From NCBI GenBank assembly GCA_964016885.1, contig OZ024741.1, positions 345,402,001 through 345,466,000 on the forward strand: a DNA stretch of 64,000 nt. Reading direction: 5' to 3'. Shown piece by piece: positions 12,856 through 25,578 of the stretch. The stretch's first letter is position 1; each line of letters begins with the position of its first letter. Source of the stretch: Eledone cirrhosa (taxonomy: Eukaryota). The notes under the pieces were generated by a model. It was not told where the DNA came from. It was given only the letters and a program-made list of their open reading frames with translations, and searched no databases. The translations under genes were made by a program, and so were the position numbers.

Positions 12856-13052
12856 GAACATTAGAATCACACTCTTGATGGTGTACATGGATATAATATA
12901 TATATATATATTCAATATTATTAAGGCTTAGCCTGTTATTGCTCCATTCAGTCCACAAAACTCAACATACACCCTAAACCGATCAACCAGTACTTACGAC
13001 TCCCGCCAAACCATATATATCATTATCGTGTTTACATCCGCTTTTCCATGCT

Positions 13053-13089
<37 letters not shown>

Positions 13090-13132
13090 CAAAATATTAA
13101 TAAATGAAAAATATTCTCCTAATCAAAATATA

Positions 13133-13166
13133 TATTTTATTATACATATTTCATCAGACAAAATAT
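13133..13166 (-). ncRNA. collapsed hammerhead relic lacking stem II, in a short PLE-terminus fragment
   Basis: Minus strand reads TATTTTGT-CTGATGAAA-TATGTAT-A-ATAAAATA. Stems I and III match the HHRs at 60454 and 62321. Confidence 0.5.
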
Positions 13167-13285
13167 AAGATTTCATATGTGACATACCACTACGGTTTTG
13201 ATTATTCAATTCCAGTATTGGCCAAATTTACAGCAATAAGAATTATTACACCAGCAGCAGCGTAGTAAGTAAGGCAATCAAAGAT

Positions 13286-14023
13286 ATGAAGATGGGGAAG
13301 GCAACCGGTCCATCGGGTATAGCTACCGAGATGCTGAAGGCATCTGGGTCTGTAGGTCACACTATAACCACACGTATCGTTAACCAGGTAATACTAGAGG
13401 GGGCCATACCAAAAGATTGGTGCAGTAGCATCATTGTCAACTGCTACAAAGGTAAAGGCGATGCACTAGATAGAGGAAACTATAGAGGTATAAAGTTGAT
13501 GGACCAGGTCATGAAAGTAACAGAAAGAGTTATAGCACAGCTGATTAGGGACCGGGTGAATATAGACGAGATGCAATTTGGGTTTGTACCAGGGAAAGGC
13601 ACCACTGATGCCCTCTTCCTTGTGAGGCAATTACAGGAAAAGTACCTAGCTAAAAGTAAGCCACTCTACTTGGCATTTGTCGACCTTGAGAAAGCCTTTG
13701 ACAGAGTTCCACGTGCAGTAATCTGGTGGGCTCTTAGAAAACTAGGAGTAGATGAATGGCTTGTGAAAGCGGTACAAGCCATGTATAGGGGAGCAGTCAG
13801 CAAAGTTAGGATTGGCAATGAGTATAGCGAGGAATTTAGCGTACAGGTTGGGGTCCACCAGGGCTCTGTTCTTAGCCCTCTCCTGTTCATCATAGTCCTG
13901 CAGGCAATAACGGAGGAGTTTAAGACCGGATGCCCATGGGAACTCCTGTATGCTGATGACCTCGCACTCATAGCTGAATCTATGGTAGAACTAGAGAATA
14001 AATTCCAAACCACTTTTTATTAA
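13286..14023 (+). CDS. RTE-clade LINE reverse transcriptase fragment (open 245 aa, truncated at both ends)
   Basis: KATGPSGI..EML, YKGKGD..NYRGIKL, QFGF.PGKGTTDA, FVDLEKAFD, GVHQGSVLSPLLF, LLYADDL. Confidence 0.9.
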   Translation: MKMGKATGPSGIATEMLKASGSVGHTITTRIVNQVILEGAIPKDWCSSIIVNCYKGKGDALDRGNYRGIKLMDQVMKVTERVIAQLIRDRVNIDEMQFGFVPGKGTTDALFLVRQLQEKYLAKSKPLYLAFVDLEKAFDRVPRAVIWWALRKLGVDEWLVKAVQAMYRGAVSKVRIGNEYSEEFSVQVGVHQGSVLSPLLFIIVLQAITEEFKTGCPWELLYADDLALIAESMVELENKFQTTFY

Positions 14024-14299
14024 GTTAATAATTTGAAAAATATTATTGAAAGTATATTATAAAGAAGCAGTATCAGGAAAAAAATAAAAATATGCACTTG
14101 GGGCTGGACGGCGTACAATGAGAAGTGGAGCGACGTGAAAAGCGTTGTTTATTAACAGCGAAATAGCAATGTCGATGATATGCAAGTTTAAAAATGCATA
14201 TTATGAAGGTTTGTATGGTAGTTTACACTTTGATTGCCCTGGTCAGCAAGAGGGGCCTCTATATATAAGACGTTTATTAGAAGAGGGGGAAATAACTAA

Positions 14300-15240
14300 C
14301 CCCAGTATTAGAACAGGGGGTTCACAATGTAAGGGTTTTATTTCTTTTGTTAGAAAACAGTTACCTTTTTCGGTTCGGCATTTCGTAAAATTCTATTGCA
14401 GAATCGTTTTCATAAAAACGGTAATTTATGATCGTTATAGAAGTATTTAAATTTAATATAGAACAACTGTAATTGAAAAATGAAAATGAAACTTACTCTA
14501 GAAGGCAACAGTTTATTAACAGCGAAATAACGTTGTCTTTGATATGTTATTTTAAATAAGACAATGAATATTAAAAAAAAAACTGAATTAGTTAACTCGG
14601 CAACCAAAGGGCTTATTTATAGATCCCTTTCATTAAGTTCATAAAACGGTACTGTATGATCGTTATAGAAGTATTTAAATTTAATATAGAGCAACTGTAA
14701 TTGAAAAATGAAAACTTTAAACTTTTCATGACTTTGAAAAATACTACTTACTGTTAGTGGTAGTTAACATGTATTAGAATTAAAATGAAAATGATATCGG
14801 AAAAAACGTACTTGAGAATATGACTCCCTTCTTCGCAATTTAAGGGTTTTATTTCTTTTGATGGAAAAACAGTGTCCGTTTTCAGTTTGGCATTTCGTAA
14901 AATGGTACTTGCAGAATCGATTTCATAAAACGGTACTGTATGTTAACAGCAAAAGAACGCAGCGAAAGAAATTGATGAGTTTAAAAATTTGTATGAATTT
15001 GTAAATAAGACAATGAATATTGAAAGAACAGGGGGAAATAACTCTCCGAACACGATAGTAAATAGACAGTTTTGGGGCCCTATTTTTCAAGTTAGAGATT
15101 TGAAACCTCGTCTATTTGCTTCCTAGGCACTTTTTACATAGGTGTGTAAATTTTCATGTCTGTCCGACCACGTCTACTAACATTTAACCGTGCACAACTG
15201 AATTTCAACCACCACCCATTTCACAAATATATATTAAATA
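14300..15240 (-). mobile_element. non-autonomous Helitron-like element with internal duplications
   Basis: Internal repeats 14327-14480/14838-14942 and 14410-14480/14638-14712. The last ~240 bp recur at 16560-16801, where the end reads A|TCTAATATATAT on minus (Helitron-type 5' TC end). Confidence 0.5.
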
Positions 15241-16559
15241 GCAATTGTGTATACCATTTATGTCAATACTTCAGTGCTGCTTCGAAAACTATACTTTTAC
15301 AAAATCGGCTTTTTACAAAGGGGGGTTCCTGCCCCCAGGGGTCCCCTACTCAATATGTGCCAATTCTGAGAGTTCACATTCATCTGTAGGACAAACGTAG
15401 CCCATGTGTCAAATTTTGTGAAAATCGGTTGAGAACTCCAGAAGTTATGACGTTTTGTTGCATTGCACTGCAGTGCATCAGTCAACTCCAAAGAAGTGGT
15501 TGCCCTATAATCAATATCTGGAAAAATAACAGTGCCCATGACCATCTGGAGTACATAAGTAACCTATGTCTTAAGTTTGGTGACAATACTGTAGAAATGC
15601 ATAAGGTTTATACATACGCGCAGGCGTTCGTGTGTGTGGGAGTATATGTAATTTGTGTGTGCGTATCCGTACTGGCCTAAATCTTCACTATTTACTTTTA
15701 CTATTTTAATAACTTGTCATTTTCGTTTTCAATTTTATTTACATCATTCTTAAACTCCGGAGCTGGAAATCATTGTTATTTTTAATAGAATATTAGTCTA
15801 ATGACTCCATTCATACCATAAACTTGGTCTTGTCTTTGCATCAAATTGTTCTTCACGCTCCACATGATGTATTATCCTCGCTTTTTTCCCGTTCATTGCC
15901 AGGGAACGTCTTCACGAACCAAAATATCGTCTTCCTGTTTTCGTTCGGTTGCAACGTTTCTCAAAATAATTACTTCTGCGTTCACAGATTACTCTCAGAA
16001 GACAACCTACATATTTGATAGGACTCCAGCTCACTTCTTTTGCTACCCCTGGAACATTGGGGTGCGAGCCACCCCACACAACGCCATGTTCTGAGTCTGC
16101 TTTTCAACTCCACCGTGATGCACGGTGCGTCATGGTGTATCTAACCATTTTTTTAGGTCTTACTACGGCTGATTTCTTCCAGAAAGAAAGAGATTGAAAA
16201 ATACAGAGAAGATTCATCCTCGGAGGAATAATAAAAAATGTTTACACTGCACATTTCATTTTTTCAAAGCTAAAGCTGCCGATCCGTAGTTCAACTCCGA
16301 TCAGTAATTCAACTCTCTGAAAACTTTCAAATATATGCTGTTCTAGCATAAATATTATGCTAAGGATAAGCTGTCCACAAAGTAAGATTTACTTGCATAT
16401 CCCCACTCATATAAACACAAATACATGTATACATACATTACAGTTGATATTTATTTTTATTAAAGCGTTTTCATATTTTATATATATATATATATATATA
16501 GTGCCGAAACATAAGTCAATTGCATGAACTCATAATCCTTTATTTACTGCTTTATTTGT

Positions 16560-16800
16560 ATGAAATTGTAAATAAGACAAAAGTATTAGAACAGGGGGAA
16601 ATAACTCACCGAACGCGATAGTTTTGGGGCCCCAGGGACCACATTTTTTCAAGTTAGAGATTTGAAACCTCGTCTATTTGCTTCCTTGGCACTTTTTACA
16701 TAGGTGTGTAAATTTTCATGTCAGTTCGACCACGTCTACTAGCATTTAGCCGTGCACATCTGAATTTCAACCACCGCCCATTTCACAAATATATATTAGA
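16560..16800 (-). mobile_element. second copy of the Helitron-like 5' end
   Basis: Near-identical to 15000-15240. Confidence 0.55.
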
Positions 16801-16961
16801 TATCGTCTTTTTTTTAATGTATCATGGATTACGTTACTGATGACATAGGACAGTGTAACAAGACTCTTCAATTTCTGTGTATATTGTCAATTACGATTTA
16901 TTTGATGTATCATATCAACATGTATATATACTTGCGTATATCAATATACACACTACACATG

Positions 16962-17000
16962 CTAGCAGAGAACCACCCTTCGGGTGGTTTTTCTTGCTAG
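16962..17000. other. Helitron-type 3' hairpin bounded by CTAG on both sides
   Basis: CTAGCAGAG-AACCACCC-TTC-GGGTGGTT-TTTCTTG-CTAG|T. Confidence 0.55.
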
Positions 17001-18349
17001 TAAGAATAATAATATAAGTATTTGTCAACGTTGGCGGCCCGCATTTCCGAGTTATCTGGTGATGCCAGCGAAAGTGCTTGGTTATCCCAGCGTCCTAGCC
17101 TCGCTATCACCCGCGGTAATGCTGCGTGTTGGCTTGCCTCAAAAATTCTTAGTTATTTTTCATAATTATTCAGTTTGGTGTAATATTTGATGGGGGGGGG
17201 GGGGCAAACAGCCCTCACTCGTTTAAAACCGATGTTTTTTTTCCAATAAATAACCAAAGAATAGACCAATTCGTTAAATGAAAGCTGTCTGTTTTTGTAT
17301 CAAGAAATTTGAAAACGAACACACACGAAACTATATGTATTACATTTTTTGCGTCATATTTTTTAATATAGATAATTCGTGATTAATTCATTTAAAATTT
17401 AAACTAGATGCGTTATTCGTAATAACAAATTATCCATTACTAAATATAAATCTACTTGTATCTGTGTATGGGAGGCATTTATTTACTAAAGCAGTTCGTT
17501 GCAAATGTTTTACTCGGTAAACTTCTAAAGAAACTAACAGACTACAAAGATTCTATTTTATCTTAAACATACCCCACCCCAGTACATCTGCTAGTTATAT
17601 ATCCGATTGATTTCCTTTGTACAATCTACTTTAATAGTTTTTGATGAGGAAGATATCGTTCAGTTTTGACTAAATCAAGTGTCCCAAACACGCGACCTGC
17701 AACAAACAATTTTCGTGATTAAACTTGCTAATTTGTTCCTTGCCACTTTCATACTCCTGCATTTTAACTATGAAATACAATAAAATGGGAAAAGGCAGGA
17801 TTTATCGAAAGTGAAAAAAAGAAATTACTATAAGTAAAAACTGAAAAAAAAATAGCAACCTATTATTAGCTGTATTGCAGATTAGCATAACTTGTAAAAA
17901 CCACACCCATCACCTCACTTTGGGCTCGTTTGAGAACCTGATCTATATAACACGAAACAGAGTAGCGACGGAAGAACTTAGGATTTGAATAAATATAAAT
18001 AAGATGTCGAGAACCTTTCTTCTGTACGAACATTGCTATACACACATTTGAAAGAAATTGGTCCATTTTCAACCTGTTCGAGACCTCGGGTGTTTTCCAC
18101 GCAAGAGCTCCAGGTATCCGCAAATTAGGGAGGAGTGCATCCTGCCTGAGTAAGGAGTCCCGTGAAATAAAGTAGGTGATGCAGTGGGTGCAACTGGGCT
18201 TGCTGCTCTCTGCGGCAATGCCTTAGCCCTTTTGTCCGCATGGTGTAACCGAGATAAACCGCCAAAACTAGGGTGTAGCGTCTGCCGCTTGCTCCTCTAT
18301 ATTCTTTCTATTATATTTTCATTTCTAGAAGATTTGTTTGTTATTAAAA

Positions 18350-18452
18350 TAATTGTTTCTACTTTAGGCACAAGGCCAGCAATTACCCAGTGCATTACTG
18401 GTACTTTATGTTATCGACCCCGTAAGGATGAAAGGCAAAATCAACCTCGGCT
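18350..18452 (-). mobile_element. SINE fragment (family of 11012-11189)
   Basis: GGCACAAGGCCAGCAATTACCCAGTGCATTACTGGTAC.. core. Confidence 0.8.
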
Positions 18453-19950
18453 ATTAAAATAATATGAGTTGCAGTAATAAGAAATCATATCCGTTTCACC
18501 AAAACAGTCGACACCTATCGTTATTTATATTTAGTATCACCAATACATATATTACCGTTTTCGAACTAGATAGCAATTTAAAAGTATTAAGAAACATGCG
18601 TAAAACATAGCCATTAATACAGTAAAATAACATTTAACGATAGACAAAATATATAGTTTATATTTTAGAACATTCTAAAAAATATTGATGTTTTTATACG
18701 CTTAAAATACGCTACATTAAATTGTTTCGCTTAAGGTAAAAATGTTGAAATGCGACTAAAAAATTCTTTTAAAATGCTTCTAATTAATTGCTTTATGAGA
18801 TAATACAACTTTAACGCACTAAAAATGTTTACATTAAAAACTTCTTTTTCACATGCTTCAAGGAAACGGCAAAAAAAAAACAAATATTAGTGATTTTATA
18901 CAAAATGGAAGGTTTTTTAGATTTTTGTTAAGACAAGGAGGTAAAGAGGACGAATATTAATTTAAATAAGATTCTGTGGTATTCAAAACACCAGGAGGAT
19001 GAGTTAATAAATGAAAATCGTAACCGTGCCATACTGAGGAAATGTGTGTTTTTCTATATATATTATAAATAGACATGACTAAACTGTTTCATTTGTATGA
19101 AATCATCAAAAGTGTTCACATAAATATTTAACAAACAAAAACCAGATAAAGAATTACAAATCAATATGTGTATAAAATAAAAATCCATATTACTAACTGT
19201 TTAAATCTTCTTTACCAATTCAGCGAGGATCACAAGCAGAGAAATCTACAATTATATTGAAAAGAGGTTGAGAATGTATAAAACGAAAAGAAGAGAGAAT
19301 TTTAACGAAACGAAATGAAGTAGCGCAGTAAAAATTGCGTTGTGACTTTTGACTATTAAATCAATAAAAGAGCACACCGATACAAAAAAATGTCAGGAAA
19401 GCGAAAATATTAGAAATTAATAAAAAAATTAACACTCCCAAAATAACGATGTTTTTTAATTGAACACGATATATAAATGTTTTTTTTTTTTTACGTCGAC
19501 ACGGCCCGGAAATGATCATATAACAGAGAATGAGAGATAATATAAAATGAAATGAAACGCAATAATGTTCGTATTTTGTTCATAGTTCAAAATTTCGAAG
19601 GAAATTAATCTGTAATCACGAGGGACAAAAAAAAACAGATGAAATGTAATGCCTTATTCTATTGAGTATTGTAAGTAATTATTTAGTCAATGTAGTAGAA
19701 CTTAACCATTAGTGGACTTTTGATTTACTAAATACATGTTATATGGAGGGATGTACGCTTGAAATTTCTAAATGGTATAATGAAATATTTCCACGAAACT
19801 TTTTAGTACGCAGCCCATTTTATGATGAGGCGTATCTCATGTTTCGACTGCTAGAACTAATGCTTCTAGTCGTCCCATTTCACCGTACATGTAATAGTTT
19901 CGTTGTTCACCAAAATAATTTCGGCTTTTATACAATCGCTTCATCTAGAC

Positions 19951-20588
19951 CAAAGGTTCTCAACGGGGGGCATATGCACTCCTGGGAGGGGTTTCGGAAC
20001 TCCAGGGGGGCGTTTGAGAGCAAGGTCGCGTTAGGGGGGCGTTTGGAGCTGGGGGATTGGGGGCGCTGGAAGGCTCTTTGGTAAGTTTTATAAGCCATAT
20101 TTGTATGTCTTTGAGACAGCCAGTGTGAATGCATTTGAATGAGCTTGCAGACAGCATAACTATAGTCTGACCGCAGGTGTGCAGGCATGTCTGGTAATTG
20201 AGATCCTAAAAATGGAAAAACCCACAGTCAACTGGGTCAAAGACACTTTGAGCGCAGCCAATTAGAATCTTATCTTTCCTTCACCGATAACAATGTAGTT
20301 CATGTCTGAAATTATTGACTCAACCGTAACGAGTTAACACTATGTAGATCTATTTTGTTCCCTATTGTATAAATAATATTACAAATAAAAAAAAAGAAAA
20401 GAAAAAACAGAAGCGAGTAGCACACACATCTAGGACCACATACAACACATAATTAGATAATACACACATCTTTGGAATATTGTTAATCTACTGATATAAA
20501 AATCAGTAGTATATTGAAAAATAGAAAAATGGGGGGGGGGGGGGGGGCTTCGTGATTTCGAGGGACAAAAGGGGGTTGAGAACCTGTG
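19951..20588. mobile_element. hAT (Charlie-type) MITE
   Basis: TIRs CAAAGGTTCTCAAC / GTTGAGAACCTGTG. Perfect 8-bp TSD ATCTAGAC at 19943-19950 and 20589-20596. Confidence 0.9.
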
Positions 20589-20617
20589 ATCTAGACAACC
20601 GCATTAAATCTACATGC

Positions 20618-20765
20618 TTTGCAGCATAGAGTTTTGACCCTTTATATTCTGAGTTCAATTCCCGCGGAGATTAACTTTGCCTTTCATCCTTACGGGGTCG
20701 ATAAAATAAAGTATCAGTAATGCACTGAGGAAATTGATGGCCTTGTTCCAAAAGTAGAAACAATT
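20618..20765 (+). mobile_element. SINE (family of 11012-11189)
   Basis: TCTGAGTTCAATTCCC..GCCTTTCATCCTTACGGGGTCGATAAAATAAAG. Confidence 0.8.
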
Positions 20766-20839
20766 AAATCTATGCAAGTTTGCGACTTTGCCTTTTTTCG
20801 TATCAAGTTTTTGAAATTTGGCTTTTATTGTTTTATCTA

Positions 20840-21110
20840 GGCTGGCTTATTAAGATTTGACACTTTCTCCAACCGCAACCTGGTGCAGTCTGCGCCTAAC
20901 CCAGGTTCTGCTGCACATCGGGCTGAGGAGGTCAAACTGTCTAAGTACCGGTCGCTCTCCGACAGGTTCGCGGTCGTGCCCTTGGCAGTTGAGACTTCTG
21001 GTGTCCTTGGCCCTAGGGCTACCTCCCTATTCACCACCATAGGCGCTGAACTGGCCAGCCGCATGTGTGAGCCTCGCGAGTTGGAATGCATCTCCCTTAT
21101 CATCCTCCGT
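20840..21110 (+). mobile_element. CRE-clade non-LTR retroelement, restriction-like endonuclease fragment
   Basis: AAHRAEEVKLSKYRSL..VVPLAVETSGVLGP motif. Confidence 0.7.
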
Positions 21111-21499
21111 GAAACGCCTTCTTCATCCTGTCCGCCGGGGCTGTGTGTGGGGGGGGGAGGCAACACGTGGGACCCCATTTGCTCACCATACGGATTAACC
21201 ATACTGTTTGACATGCATTTTTTTTCAGCTGTGTAACTTATTTTTGTAAAATATAGTTGACACAATAAGTTTAGCTATTTAGCAGCAACATCTGCTTCCG
21301 AAACTTGACGGCCGTGAATCATAAAGGTGGAAGAATATCAGGGACATAATCAAGAAGGAACATAATTTCGTTATTTTCTAAATTTCATCAATATACTTGT
21401 ATAAAAATATAATATAATGCTTATAGAACGAAAACAAACACAAATGATGTATACAAATATAAACACATAAAAAAGTAGGGGGTTGGGACAATTCGTCAT

Positions 21500-22640
21500 T
21501 AAGTGCGACAATCGGCCGCATCTCACATCTTAGGGATTAACTAAATACTTTGAGGCAAGCCAATACGCTCGCAGCATTACTACGGGTGATGGCGAGGCTA
21601 AGGCGCTGAAACAACCTGGCACCATCATAGGTATCACCTGACACGTCAGTAAGGTGAGCCACCAATGATGACAAGAACTTCGCTGTCAGCGGCCCAACTC
21701 CACCAAACGTCTCGAACACCACAGGCTGGAAAAAAAATTCTTATTAGATAAATCCAGATATTTCCGAATTTTAAACCGTTCGGGTACGGAAGCAGTAACC
21801 CCCCACGTTTACCGCGGCGTCTATGATGTGGGAGGGAGAAAAGAGTCATTGATTGTGAGGTCCCAGATAAGACACCTACCCATTACCCAGGGACAAAGGG
21901 TAAGACCGTCTAGTCTCTTCACATCACTTCTGGGTAAACCAGCCGGCTCCAGAACTGAGGGGATATTTACCCGAGCCAAGGCCCATTTGATAATCAGGTT
22001 TAACTCGGTGTGGCGGGCAAAACGACTGGCATTCAGGTGGCAGGAAAAACCATGTAGAATTGTGGAGTCGAGGGACCTACCAGAGTGACATCTCAGACCC
22101 CCACAGACGTCGGCTCACGCTCAAAGTGCAATGGAGAAGCGGAGCTCATCCTGGCTGAGACGACTACCAATGTTGGCCACAGGCAGGACATAAATCCAGT
22201 CCCGCCGAGAACTTTGCGCTAGCAGAAAGTAAGCGGCATCTAGAAAATTGACCGGAATAATTAAATAGAGAGATGAAAGTTTCCCTCGAACACATACTAT
22301 CCCATACTCTTTGCTTCCGTCTATCCTCATCAATAATGGAAACTAACAAATCCAGCTCTCTCCTCCGTAGTAAAGCTTCATCCAACTCCCCAGTGGAACT
22401 AGTCCATGTTGGGAAGGAGAGGATGTCACCCACTAAAGGGGAGAAAGCGTGGATGGAGGAAAGAAAGCAAGATAGAAACAAAAATGTACATTTCTGCAGA
22501 CCGAGACCTCCAAACCGTTTGGGCAAGGCAGCTTGGTCGCAGAACTCTGGCGAGAGTCAGACATTGACCAAACCCTCGATCTCACTGAATATGAGGTCGT
22601 CGAAGCGTAAGAGAGACGGCGAGAATTTGTAAGATTTATA
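21500..22640 (-). mobile_element. CRE-clade non-LTR retroelement 3' part (post-RT, zinc knuckle, RLE), frameshifted
   Basis: PKRFGGLGL, RLLSASA, GLHGFSCH..ARHTELN..LEP..KRLDG..WDLT, FETFGGVGP..FQRLSLAITRSNAASVL. Confidence 0.8.
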
Positions 22641-23018
22641 GGTCCGACTAAATCTTGAAATTATTTGGGAGAGATTTTGTTGATCGCATTCACTGTGATG
22701 TTTTGGTGGGCAAGGATTGCTCTTTCACACAGCCACTCCTCGTTGGAATAGTGGATTTGTAAATTGGGGAACAATTAATTAAGCTTACAATGCTTTCCAC
22801 AACAGTACAAAATGATGAAGGCACAAAACAAGGGATTGCTTTTCTATAAATTTAAACGGCTGAGAGTTGCTTATCTGTAACTTCGAGTGTCTCCCTCCCT
22901 TTGCGCCTCTGTTATTCGAACTGAAAAAATCTCCAAGGCTGAGAAAATCCGAAAAGAAGGCTATTGCAAACATGTCGGAGGTCGGATTAGTTGAAAACGT
23001 ATTTAGGAGAGATGGTCA

Positions 23019-24005
23019 CTATTTTAGAAGAGTTTCATTCAAAGAAATGTCTTTATTTTTCTTTCGGCAATTTTTCAAAATTTCCCTCAAAGAGAAGAGT
23101 AGCTTAGCACAATTAGGCACAGACCGCCTATAAAAATTAATCATCCCCAAGAATTGGCGCAATTGACTGAGTGAGGTTGGTGGAGGCAAATCCTCTATAG
23201 CTTTAACTCTCTCAGGAATAGGTCGAATACCGTCAGTGTCAATGACGTGGCCCAAAAAATTCAGAGATTCGGAACCAAAAACACATTTTGATGGATTAAT
23301 CCGGACATTGTAATCCTTCAAACGACAAAATAGAAGGTCCAGATGACTCAAATGTTGCTCTGGTGAAGAGCTAGCAACAAGAAGGTTATCAATATATGTG
23401 TATACAAAGTCGAGGCTGCGAGTGACCTCATCCATAAATCGCTGGAAGGTGCTAGCAGCATTCCTTAACCCAAAAGGCATGGTGAGAAATTCAAAAGATC
23501 CAAATGGCGTAGTTATAGCCGTTTTCGGGATGTCGTCTTTGTTGACAGGAATCTGGTTGTAGGCTCGTATCAAATCGAGCTTCGAAAAAATGTTACAACC
23601 TTGCAACGAGGATACAAAATCCTGCAAATGAGGGATAGGATACCGATCCGGTACGGTCATCGAGTTCAATCTTCTATAGTCCCCAGTGGGTCTCCAATCG
23701 CCAGAAGACTTTGGCATCATATATAATGGAGATGCCCACGGGCTCGTGGAAGGACGAATAATTCCGAGCTGTAGCATATGATCGAACTCGGACCGTGCTG
23801 CTTTCAGTTTGTCCGCTGGCAATCGACGGGGACGCGAAAAAACCGGAGCGCCAGTAATAGTAATGAAATGCTCCGTAGCGTGGTTTGGATCAGTGACTCT
23901 AAAATTTCCATGAGTCAGTTGCGGGAACGATTTCAACAATCCATGATATGGGTTTCCGGAGTTAGCGATGAAGAATGCCACAAAGAGAAAAACCAGTAAT
24001 ATCAT
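23019..24005 (-). CDS. Gypsy pol reverse transcriptase domain (truncated; YIDN in place of YxDD)
   Basis: [61 protein letters not shown]. Confidence 0.9.
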   Translation of the reverse strand: MILLVFLFVAFFIANSGNPYHGLLKSFPQLTHGNFRVTDPNHATEHFITITGAPVFSRPRRLPADKLKAARSEFDHMLQLGIIRPSTSPWASPLYMMPKSSGDWRPTGDYRRLNSMTVPDRYPIPHLQDFVSSLQGCNIFSKLDLIRAYNQIPVNKDDIPKTAITTPFGSFEFLTMPFGLRNAASTFQRFMDEVTRSLDFVYTYIDNLLVASSSPEQHLSHLDLLFCRLKDYNVRINPSKCVFGSESLNFLGHVIDTDGIRPIPERVKAIEDLPPPTSLSQLRQFLGMINFYRRSVPNCAKLLFSLREILKNCRKKNKDISLNETLLK

Positions 24006-25069
24006 CGACTAGGCGTTGGTGACGGACGTCCACCGTTAAAGAAAAATGGTGCAGGAAGTCCGCGCCCAAAATCGGGTATGGCAGATCGACGACAGTGAAA
24101 ACCCATTTGAAATCCCGACGAAGATTTCGAAACTGAAGAGGAAACGAGATCTGTCCAAAATTTCGGATTGGTGACTGGTTGACAGCTTGCAATTCAATCG
24201 ACGACTCGGGAGGAGTTACTGTCATACAATTAACAGGCCAAATACTGCACGAAGCTGCTGTGTCTACTAGGAAGGCTCTTCCAGACAGGAGGTCCTCTAT
24301 GAAGAAATGGCGGTTCTGTTGTGTCTCGCAGAGTTCACTTGCCGCCTTTAGTGACTCTGATCTACATTTCCCGAAGCTGAATATTTACATGGAGGCCGGC
24401 AATGTTTTGCCTTATCCGAGAAGGTGGCATGATACCAGCAAAATAATGGATTGCTGGCGGGCGAAGTAGTATGCCGACGTGGAGTCGCGAAAGAACGCGA
24501 ACGACCCCTAGGCCGCCGGGAATACGTCCTATTCTCTCTGCATAACCGAGCGACTTGCTGCGTCAAAGCGTCAATAGCTGTTAACATGGCATCCTCGCGT
24601 GTCGAGACGAGCTGTTTCGAATGTGAAGAAGAAGCAGGTAAATTAGGACGACTCATTGTCAATCTATATCAAGTTGGACGTATAAAAGTAAGTGATATTC
24701 ACGTAAATTGCATGCAGAAATTTCTTTAGATGTTCAGAACAACGGGAAAACAGCACAAATTTCCCTCAACGTCCATAAAGACAGAAGAACGAAAGAAAAA
24801 ATAAATAAATAAATGTTCTCAAGTGTCCATGACAGGGAAAATAATCCGGCGAATTTGTAAAAGGAAACAATCCGAAGTCGACAAGTCAAATCACTTCATG
24901 GCAGAAAAATTAAATGTTTTTATTTTTTTTTTTCTATTGTGTTAAAAGAACAATTTTCAATTTCGTTATTTTCTCATAGTTGCAAGAAATAAAATATTAG
25001 TTTCGTCAATTTTTTTTTTATGTTTCTCTCGAAGTTTTTTAGAAGTCTTTATCAGAAGGTTGTGTAATG

Positions 25070-25087
25070 CATAGACGGGGTCAACCA
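25070..25087 (-). promoter_or_regulatory. primer-binding site resembling a tRNA-Trp PBS
   Basis: Minus strand TGGTTGACCCCGTC immediately after the LTR; compare TGGTGACCCCGAC. Confidence 0.65.
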
Positions 25088-25088
25088 C

Positions 25089-25508
25089 TTTAGGAGAGAT
25101 GGTCACCATTTTAGAAGGCTGCGTTGTTTTTATGATTTAGAGGGGAGTTCGTTTCCCTAGCTTGGCTGGTAGAACATCTCTTCTAATTGTTGTTAAGGTG
25201 TAGGTACACAATTAAGCAAATAAAAAACATACCTCGAGATTATAGATACATGAGTATTTTAATCAGAGCAATTAACAAAACAGGTTATCATATCAGTTGT
25301 TCCTAGGTTGGTAATTATCTTTAATTGTCGGTCTTCAATTATCCCGTGACCGCATGGTGTGCTATAGCTGTTTCGCCATCGTGAAACGCGTCCGATCGCC
25401 TCTAGAAACAGCAGTCGAAGAGAGAGTTTATTCAGCTACAGACGTCAGAACTAAGGGCAGTTAATCGACTGCCTCCAAAGTCAAGGCTAGGTGGCGTGAT
25501 CTTCTACA
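25089..25508 (-). repeat. Gypsy 5' LTR (~420 bp)
   Basis: Starts TGTAGAAGA on minus and abuts the PBS. Its plus-strand first 29 bp are duplicated at 23002-23030. Confidence 0.8.
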
Positions 25509-25524
25509 CGTACAATACACACAC

Positions 25525-25574
<50 letters not shown>

Positions 25575-25578
25575 TATA

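Larger units (their letters stand above)
23002..25508 (-). mobile_element. Ty3/Gypsy LTR retrotransposon, internally deleted
   Basis: 4-bp TSD CGTA (22998-23001 and 25509-25512), 5' LTR 25089-25508, only ~29 bp of the 3' LTR. Gag CWYH..F..AKHCRPPC, protease FLVDTAAS..ILGADFL, RT. Confidence 0.92.

Noticed and set aside
15800-16330. Coding-looking segment (also 43630-44060)
   Set aside because: Only short ORFs with no recognisable motif; possibly decayed TE or exon but unsupported.
18040-18310. RNase MRP/P, telomerase or snRNA gene
   Set aside because: Only vague partial matches; the required conserved boxes or template were not found.
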